Positions 34,389 through 39,615 of a DNA stretch of 39,615 nt are shown here, one piece after another. Every line of letters begins with the position of its first letter. Position 1 is the first letter of the stretch. Both the position numbers and the translations under genes were made by a program. Under the pieces are notes generated by a model. The model ran no database searches. It saw only the letters and a list, made by a program, of their open reading frames with translations, and was not told the DNA's origin. This DNA comes from an uncultured Victivallales bacterium (GTDB lineage Bacteria; Verrucomicrobiota; Kiritimatiellia; UBA8416; CAYSRM01): NCBI GenBank assembly GCA_964543205.1, contig CAZIXB010000001.1, positions 1 through 39,615 of the forward strand. The letters are read 5' to 3'.

Positions 34389-35150
34389 GTGAGTAGACGA
34401 GGAATAGTTATAAAGGACGAGCGGGCGCTGCAAGGCATGAGGGAAAGTTGCCGTCTTGCGGCCACGGTGCGTGATAAGGTTGCCGACGAGGTTGCGCCGG
34501 GAGTAACCACCGGAGAGCTTGCTGAATATGCCGATGAGCTTATCAGGGGTTTCGGGGCAGTCAGCGCGTTTCTGGGATACATGGGCTATCCGGGACATAT
34601 ATGTGTTTCGGTTAACGAAGCGGTTGTTCATGGAATCCCCGGAAGCAAGCGCATAGCCCTTGGAGACATAGTAAGTCTGGATGTAGGCGTTGAATATGGG
34701 GGTTACATAGGGGATACAGCAAGGACCGTAATGGTCGGCGTAAGCGACAGTGAGGTGATACGTCTTGTGCGCACAACAGAGAATGCGCTGTATGCTGGAA
34801 TCAGTAAGGCGAAGGTTGGCGGGCGGCTCTCAGATATTTCGAATGCTATTGAGAAGGTTGCTCTGGGCGGAGATTTTTCAGTTGTGAAGGATTTTGTTGG
34901 CCATGGCATCGGACGGAAGATGCACGAGGAGCCGCAGATTCCGAATTTCGGAGCGCCGGGAAGAGGACCGAAACTAAAAAAAGGTATGACTCTGGCCCTG
35001 GAGCCTATGCTGAATATGGGGGATGGCGCTGTCGAGGTGCTCTCGGACGGATGGACGGTGCTGACCAGGGACAAAAAGCTATCGGCTCATTTTGAGCATA
35101 CAATAGCTGTAGGAGACGGAGAAGCTGAGATATTGACTCGTAGCGTTTAA
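34389..35150 (+). CDS. map: Methionine aminopeptidase type I
   Basis: Metal-ligand context is present: SLDVGVEYGGYIGDTARTV, GHGIGRKMHEEP, LALEPM, AHFEHT. GTG start; the SD spacing is poor, so the exact start is uncertain. Confidence 0.94.
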   Translation: MSRRGIVIKDERALQGMRESCRLAATVRDKVADEVAPGVTTGELAEYADELIRGFGAVSAFLGYMGYPGHICVSVNEAVVHGIPGSKRIALGDIVSLDVGVEYGGYIGDTARTVMVGVSDSEVIRLVRTTENALYAGISKAKVGGRLSDISNAIEKVALGGDFSVVKDFVGHGIGRKMHEEPQIPNFGAPGRGPKLKKGMTLALEPMLNMGDGAVEVLSDGWTVLTRDKKLSAHFEHTIAVGDGEAEILTRSV

Positions 35151-35221
35151 GCCGGGCGCTTGTGAAATTGATGAGGTTGTGTCAGTTTCACTAAAAAAAA
35201 CAAATATGGACATTTTTTATA

Positions 35222-35250
35222 TGGACAATATATGGCATGGGCGGTATACT
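35222..35250 (+). promoter_or_regulatory. Candidate internal promoter for rpmJ and the alpha operon
   Basis: TGGACA (35222-35227), 17 nt spacer, TATACT (35245-35250), in an A/T-rich 132-nt spacer after map. It overlaps the ATATGGACA repeats. Sequence pattern only. Confidence 0.35.
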
Positions 35251-35282
35251 TGCCGCTTTTTGTGAATTAATGGTGATTATGT

Positions 35283-35396
35283 ATGAAAGTGCGGACATCA
35301 GTAAGAAGAATGTGTGAGAGTTGTAAAGTCATCCGTCGCAAGGGGGTTGTGCGCGTAATTTGCACGAATCCCCGTCATAAGCAGCGGCAGGGCTGA
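35283..35396 (+). CDS. rpmJ: 50S ribosomal protein L36
   Basis: Not in the ORF track (37 aa). Translation [37 protein letters not shown] is canonical zinc-type L36. Lies immediately upstream of rpsM. Confidence 0.95.
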   Translation: MKVRTSVRRMCESCKVIRRKGVVRVICTNPRHKQRQG

Positions 35397-35426
35397 AGAA
35401 GAAGGCCGGAAGGAAAGAGGTAACCT

Positions 35427-35828
35427 ATGCCGAGAATTCTTGGTGTTGATATAGCAGGAAACAAGAAAGTGAAATATGGTCTGCGGGCTATACACGGTGT
35501 GGGCCCTGCCAGGGCTGAAAAAATACTTCGAGAAGCAGGCGTTGATCCTGACAAGAAGTCCGATGAACTGAGTTCCGAAGAGTTAAGGAAGCTCATGGGC
35601 GTGATCCAGACCAATTACAGGGTTGAAGGCGACCTGAGGCGTGAGGTCAGTCAGAATATAAGGCGTTTGATAAGCATAGGGAGTTACCGCGGCTTGCGAC
35701 ACAGGAGAGGTCTACCGGCGCGCGGGCAGAGAACAAGCACGAATGCCAGAACCAGGAAGGGTCCCAAGAGAACTGTGGGCGCGGTTAGGGGCAAGGAAGC
35801 GCGCGCTGCGGCTAAGCAGGGCAAGTAG
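35427..35828 (+). CDS. rpsM: 30S ribosomal protein S13
   Basis: [15 protein letters not shown] and [28 protein letters not shown] are canonical S13 sequences. Confidence 0.98.
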   Translation: MPRILGVDIAGNKKVKYGLRAIHGVGPARAEKILREAGVDPDKKSDELSSEELRKLMGVIQTNYRVEGDLRREVSQNIRRLISIGSYRGLRHRRGLPARGQRTSTNARTRKGPKRTVGAVRGKEARAAAKQGK

Positions 35829-35851
35829 AGATCCGGGAGGAGATTAACTTA

Positions 35852-36394
35852 ATGGCGGACGAAGAAAAGAACGAGCAGGATTCGGCCGAGGTCGCTGAAG
35901 AGAAGAAGGTTGCCGAGGAAGAAAAGATTTCAGAAGAAAAAAAGGTTGCCGAAGAGCCTGAGCAGGCCGGCGCTGAAAGCGCTGTTGAAGCCGAAGGCAG
36001 GGTCGAGGAGCCAGCAAAGGCAGGGAAGGGCAAGAAGCGGCGAATGGCGCCTTCCTCGGGTGTAGTGCATATCAAGGCGACGTTCAACAACACGCAGGTG
36101 AGCATTGCAGATACAAAGGGCAATGTGGTGGCGTGGAGCAGCGGCGGAAAAGTTGGTTTCAAGGGTTCGAGAAAGAGCACTGCATTCGCAGCGACAATTG
36201 TATGCCAGGATGCCGCTCGAGCAGCGGCGGCCAAGGGCATGCGTGAGGTGGAGGTAAAAGTCCAGGGCGCTGGATCGGGCCGGGAATCTGCGATACGCGC
36301 TTTACAGAGCGTGGGGATGAACGTGAGTTCAATTAAGGATGTGACTGGAATTCCACATAACGGCTGCAGGCCGAGAAAGCGCAGGAGAGTATAA
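35852..36394 (+). CDS. rpsK: 30S ribosomal protein S11 with ~50-aa acidic/lysine-rich N-terminal extension
   Basis: Core sequences are canonical S11: [22 protein letters not shown]...[13 protein letters not shown]...[22 protein letters not shown] lies 9 nt upstream of the ATG at 35852. The only internal Met (36044) has no SD and would truncate the conserved basic N-terminus. Confidence 0.95.
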   Translation: MADEEKNEQDSAEVAEEKKVAEEEKISEEKKVAEEPEQAGAESAVEAEGRVEEPAKAGKGKKRRMAPSSGVVHIKATFNNTQVSIADTKGNVVAWSSGGKVGFKGSRKSTAFAATIVCQDAARAAAAKGMREVEVKVQGAGSGRESAIRALQSVGMNVSSIKDVTGIPHNGCRPRKRRRV

Positions 36395-37024
36395 ATGGGC
36401 AGATACACGGGACCGTCTTGCAGACTGTGCAGGCGTGAAGGAATGAAGCTTTTTCTCAAGGGTTCGCGGTGCAGCATGGCCAAGTGCCCGATAGAGAGGG
36501 GCAGGCCCGCTCCGGGCATGCACGGACAGCGCCGTTCGCGAAAGCCGTCTGATTATGGTGTGCAGTTGAGAGAAAAACAGCGTTTGCGGAGATTTTACGG
36601 ATTGCAGGAAAACCAGTTCAGGTTATTCTTCAGGCGCGTTGCGAAGCGAAAGGGCATAACCGGCCTGATGCTGCTGCAGATGCTGGAAACACGCCTGGAC
36701 AATGTTGTTTACCGGCTGGGATTTGCTCCTTCGCGAGCCACGGCAAGGCAGCTTGTTCGGCATGGCCATGTTCTTGTAGACGGACACAAAACCGACATAC
36801 CTTCCATGATACTGAAAGAAGGATCGAATGTGTCTATCAAGGAGAGAACCTCCAGCAAAGAACTGGCAAAGCGGGGGTTGGAAGCAGCTGAAGGGCGGGA
36901 TGTTCCGGCGTGGTTGTTGAGGGATCCTGAAACACTCGCGGGGAAAGTGGAGCGCATACCGGACAGGGAAGAAATAGCTCCGATTGTTGATGAGCAGCTT
37001 GTTGTTGAACTTTATTCCAAGTAA
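36395..37024 (+). CDS. rpsD: 30S ribosomal protein S4
   Basis: MGRYTGPSCRLCRREGMKLFLKG and an S4 RNA-binding domain (RLDNVVYRLGFAPSRATARQLVRHGHVLVDG). Confidence 0.98.
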   Translation: MGRYTGPSCRLCRREGMKLFLKGSRCSMAKCPIERGRPAPGMHGQRRSRKPSDYGVQLREKQRLRRFYGLQENQFRLFFRRVAKRKGITGLMLLQMLETRLDNVVYRLGFAPSRATARQLVRHGHVLVDGHKTDIPSMILKEGSNVSIKERTSSKELAKRGLEAAEGRDVPAWLLRDPETLAGKVERIPDREEIAPIVDEQLVVELYSK

Positions 37025-37079
37025 GCGGTTTTGGAATTGATTAATCCCGTTCATTCGTGATTACGGAAGGATAGGAACT

Positions 37080-38084
37080 ATGCCTATAAGATTAAGCAGA
37101 TTCGAGATGCCCAAGCGGGTTGAAAAAGATAATGAAAATTCGACGGACAAATACGCAATGTTCAGCGCCGAGCCCTTTGAAGTGGGTTACGGGAGAACTA
37201 TCGGCAATTCGCTGAGGAGAGTGCTTTTGTCTTCTATTGAAGGAGCTGCCATAACGTCGGTTCGGATAGAAGGGGCGGAGCACGAGTTCTGTTCACTTGA
37301 CGGAGTTGTTGAAGACGTAACTGATATTGTGTTGAATCTTAAGGGTGTTCTTCTCAAGACATACGTGCGCGAGCCCCAGATTCTGAGCCTGAAAGTCAAG
37401 GGGCCTGGAGAGGTTACCGCCGGAGATATTGAATCTGGCGGAGGCGTGGAAGTGCTGAATCCTGATCTCCATATTGCTACCCTTGCGGCTGACGGGAAGC
37501 TGGAGATGGACCTGGAAGTTAAGACCGGACGGGGATTCTGCCCTGCGGAGTGGAACAAGGAGCCCGACCAGGAAATTGGAAGGATACCAATTGACGCGAT
37601 TTTTTCACCTGTGCGGCGTGTCAACTTCAGAACAGAGAATACCAGGGTGGGGCAGAGAACAGATTACGACAAACTTATTCTTGAAGTATGGACCGACGGA
37701 CGGATAGACCCCGGCGACGCCTTGATGATGGGTTCGGCAATCCTGAGGCGTCATCTGGACGTGTTTGTGGATTATGACAGGCAGGTCGTACAGTTCGAGG
37801 AGACAGAAAAGAAGGTTGACGCAGAACGTGAAGAACTCAGGAAGAAGCTGAATATGAGCGTCAACGAGATAGAACTCAGCGTGAGAGCTGCCAACTGTCT
37901 GAATAACGCTAATATAACAACTGTCGGCGAGCTTGCGCAGAAGAGCGAGCCCGAAATGCTGAAATACCGTAATTTCGGCAAAAAATCGCTCAATGAGATT
38001 AAAGCTAAGCTTACCGACTTAGGGCTTTCGCTGGGCATGCAGCTTGATAGTTCGCTCCTCCAGCAGGAATCGGATTCGGAATAG
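37080..38084 (+). CDS. rpoA: DNA-directed RNA polymerase subunit alpha
   Basis: 334 aa. N-terminal-domain sequence GNSLRRVLLSSIEGAAITSVRIEG and C-terminal-domain sequence ELSVRAANCLNNANITTVGEL. TTG start at 37080 after GGAAGGA. Confidence 0.97.
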   Translation: MPIRLSRFEMPKRVEKDNENSTDKYAMFSAEPFEVGYGRTIGNSLRRVLLSSIEGAAITSVRIEGAEHEFCSLDGVVEDVTDIVLNLKGVLLKTYVREPQILSLKVKGPGEVTAGDIESGGGVEVLNPDLHIATLAADGKLEMDLEVKTGRGFCPAEWNKEPDQEIGRIPIDAIFSPVRRVNFRTENTRVGQRTDYDKLILEVWTDGRIDPGDALMMGSAILRRHLDVFVDYDRQVVQFEETEKKVDAEREELRKKLNMSVNEIELSVRAANCLNNANITTVGELAQKSEPEMLKYRNFGKKSLNEIKAKLTDLGLSLGMQLDSSLLQQESDSE

Positions 38085-38122
38085 GCTTTTAACAGGGACG
38101 GGATTTCAAGGGAGTCTGAAAA

Positions 38123-38527
38123 ATGCGGCATAGAACCAGAGACAAGAAACTGGGTAGAAGTTCGGCGCATAGAGATATGGCGATATCAGCCACTGTATGC
38201 AATCTTGTGAAACAGGGCCGGGTTAAGACCACTATAAGCAAAGCCCGGCAGGCACGGAGCATGGCTGAGAAGATGGTGACCATAGCCCGTAAGGGAAACG
38301 TTCATGCCAGGCGTTTACTAGTCTCACGACTGAGAGACAAGGCATGTTCCGCAAAGCTTGTGGATGAGATTGCTCCGCGTTTCGCTGAAAGGAACGGCGG
38401 ATACACGAGGATTCTAAAGCTTGGTTCGCGGATGAGCGACGGGTCCGAGATGGTTTTGCTTGAATGGACCGAGTCGGTTCCGCTTTCTGAGCCGAGCGCC
38501 GCAGTATCCGCACAGAGCGATAAGTAG
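38123..38527 (+). CDS. rplQ: 50S ribosomal protein L17
   Basis: MRHRTRDKKLGRSSAHR and GGYTRILKLGSRMSDGSEMVLLE are canonical L17 sequences. Confidence 0.97.
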   Translation: MRHRTRDKKLGRSSAHRDMAISATVCNLVKQGRVKTTISKARQARSMAEKMVTIARKGNVHARRLLVSRLRDKACSAKLVDEIAPRFAERNGGYTRILKLGSRMSDGSEMVLLEWTESVPLSEPSAAVSAQSDK

Positions 38528-38564
38528 CCCTGCACGTTAGCCACAAGTCAGTTTACATCGCAGG

Positions 38565-38611
38565 CCGGGTAAGTTGGCCGGGTAAGCGTATCCGACACCC
38601 TTAACCGCCAC
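38565..38611. repeat. Direct repeat copy 1 (47 nt)
   Basis: CCGGGTAAGTTGGCCGGGTAAGCGTATCCGACACCCTTAACCGCCAC. It recurs at 38677-38724. It begins with an internal tandem of a GGCCGGGTAAG-core unit. Confidence 0.9.
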
Positions 38612-38618
38612 CCTTCGC

Positions 38619-38634
38619 CGGATACCCTTACCCG
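38619..38634. repeat. Inverted partial copy of the repeat core
   Basis: CGGATACCCTTACCCG is the reverse complement of CGGGTAAGCGTATCCG (38579-38594) at 15 of 16 positions. It can also pair with 38691-38707. Confidence 0.85.
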
Positions 38635-38676
38635 ACTCACTTTGTCCCTCTCCGTTCAGCGGCTTTGATCAGCAGA

Positions 38677-38724
38677 CCGGGTAAGTTGGCCGGGTTAAGC
38701 GTATCCGACACCCTTAACCGCCAC
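38677..38724. repeat. Direct repeat copy 2 (48 nt, one extra T)
   Basis: CCGGGTAAGTTGGCCGGGTTAAGCGTATCCGACACCCTTAACCGCCAC. Contains its own 7-bp hairpin GGTTAAG/CTTAACC. Confidence 0.9.
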
Positions 38725-38801
38725 ACCTGCCGGCGCATTTGCAGATTGCCTTTTCTCTTTTCCACTGATAAGTTACTTATGAGCATAAGGGGGAATTTAT
38801 A

Positions 38802-39615
38802 ATGGCTAGATTCAAGTTTTTTGCAATGGACTCGGGCGGCAACGAGACCGAGGGTGTTCTTGAGGCGGACAATCAGTCGCAGGCGGTGGCCATGATCCGC
38901 GCAAAGGGGTTGTTTCCGACCAAGGTAAGTGAAATCGGGGGCAGAAGAAAACAGGCTGCTTCCGGGCGGCGCGGGCAGGCGGGGGAGCAGCAGGGACAAG
39001 GGCTGAAGATGGAGATCAAGTTGCCTGGTTTTCTTGGTCCCAGGGTGAAGGCCAAGCAGCTTATGATTTTTACCAGGCAGCTTGCAACCCTGGTTGATGC
39101 AGGCCTGCCTTTGCTAAGGGGACTGAGAATTCTTCTCAAGCAGGAAAAGAATTCCGCCTTGCGGAAGGCGCTGACGGAGATGGGCGAGTCGGTAGAAGGC
39201 GGCAGCACGTTTTCCGAGGCCCTTGAGCAGCATCCCAGGATATTCGACAACCTGTTCATCAACATGGTCAGGGCCGGAGAAGCCGGAGGTGTTCTTGAAG
39301 TGGTGCTGAACAGGCTTGCCGAATTCATGGAAAAGGCTGAGAGGATCAAGAACAAGATCAAGAGCGCAATGATTTACCCCGTCGTGGTGCTTGTTGCCGC
39401 GGTAGGCATTCTGATTTTTCTTATGATCTACGTTATACCCAGGTTCAAGGAAATATTCAATGACCTGCTGGGTGACGAGGGATTGCCAATTCTGACTGAG
39501 ATTGTAATTGCCGTCAGCAATTTTATTGCGCGGCAGTGGTACGTATTTCTTGGTTTTATTGTTGGTTTTATCTTTTTATACAAGATACTTGCGCGCACGG
39601 ATCGGGGTCGTTTTG
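38802..39615 (+). CDS. Type II secretion / type IV pilus platform protein, GspF/PilC family (5' partial, runs off the window)
   Basis: Not in the ORF track because there is no stop within the window. The ATG at 38802 lies 7 nt after AAGGGGGA. Translation begins MARFKFFAMDSGGNETEGVLEADNQSQAVAMIRAKGLFPTKV. It continues with a T2SSF-domain pattern (FTRQLATLVDAGLPLLRGLRIL, FSEALEQHPRIFDNLFINMVRAGEAGGVLEVVLNRLAEF) followed by TM helices. Confidence 0.85.
   Translation, partial: MARFKFFAMDSGGNETEGVLEADNQSQAVAMIRAKGLFPTKVSEIGGRRKQAASGRRGQAGEQQGQGLKMEIKLPGFLGPRVKAKQLMIFTRQLATLVDAGLPLLRGLRILLKQEKNSALRKALTEMGESVEGGSTFSEALEQHPRIFDNLFINMVRAGEAGGVLEVVLNRLAEFMEKAERIKNKIKSAMIYPVVVLVAAVGILIFLMIYVIPRFKEIFNDLLGDEGLPILTEIVIAVSNFIARQWYVFLGFIVGFIFLYKILARTDRGRF

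Noticed and set aside
35161-35200. GTGAAA...TTTCAC hairpin after map as an spc-operon terminator
   Set aside because: It is a 6-bp stem with an 18-nt loop, followed by an A-run rather than a U-run. It is too weak and wrongly oriented for an intrinsic terminator.
38565-38724. The 47/48-nt direct repeats as a mini CRISPR array
   Set aside because: There are only two copies, with a 65-nt interval that itself contains an inverted copy of the repeat core. There are no cas genes, and the repeat has an internal tandem structure. This does not behave like a CRISPR array.
38637-38999. 120-aa minus-strand ORF
   Set aside because: It overlaps the start of the well-supported pilC/gspF-like CDS and the repeat spacer, and it has no signals of its own.

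Overview
This is a core housekeeping window from a bacterium, and I found no novel multi-gene system in it.

**Layout**
- The left ~7.3 kb carries bioY and argC on the minus strand, then nadB, an aconitase-family gene and icd on the plus strand.
- From ~7.35 kb to 38.5 kb every gene is on the plus strand and forms one uninterrupted translation/transcription supercluster. The order is: promoter, tRNA-Thr, tuf, rpmG, tRNA-Trp, secE, nusG, rplK-rplA-rplJ-rplL, rpoB-rpoC, rpsL-rpsG-fusA, then the S10 block (rpsJ to rpsQ) and the spc block (rplN to rplO, secY, adk, map). It ends with rpmJ and the alpha block (rpsM, rpsK, rpsD, rpoA, rplQ).
- The window ends with the 5' part of a PilC/GspF-family platform protein gene.

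**Changes relative to the ORF track**
- I added rpmG, rpmJ, the open-ended pilC-like CDS and two tRNAs.
- I trimmed several ORF-track starts: nadB, acn, icd, rplA, rplJ, rpoC, rpsL, fusA, rplB, rpsQ, rplR and adk.
- Non-ATG starts are frequent: TTG for rpoC, rpsC and rpoA; GTG for secE, nusG, rpsJ, rpsE and map.

**Verdict**
- I see no defence island, mobile element, CRISPR array or unassigned gene cassette.
- Every unannotated ORF in the track overlaps a conserved gene as an antisense or out-of-frame shadow, apart from one ORF lying mostly in the bioY-argC spacer.

**Items worth a second look (all small-scale)**
- A duplicated 47/48-nt element with a shared inverted partner lies between rplQ and the pilC-like gene, allowing two mutually exclusive helices.
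- A strong promoter followed by a terminator-like hairpin sits upstream of tRNA-Thr-tuf.
- EF-Tu has a ~5-residue insertion that disrupts the canonical RGITI switch-I motif.
- S11, L7/L12, L18 and possibly EF-G carry acidic low-complexity extensions that share an A/E/P/V/G-rich motif.
- rpmD and infA are absent from their usual operon slots.
- Several short direct-repeat motifs occur in promoter-proximal spacers.
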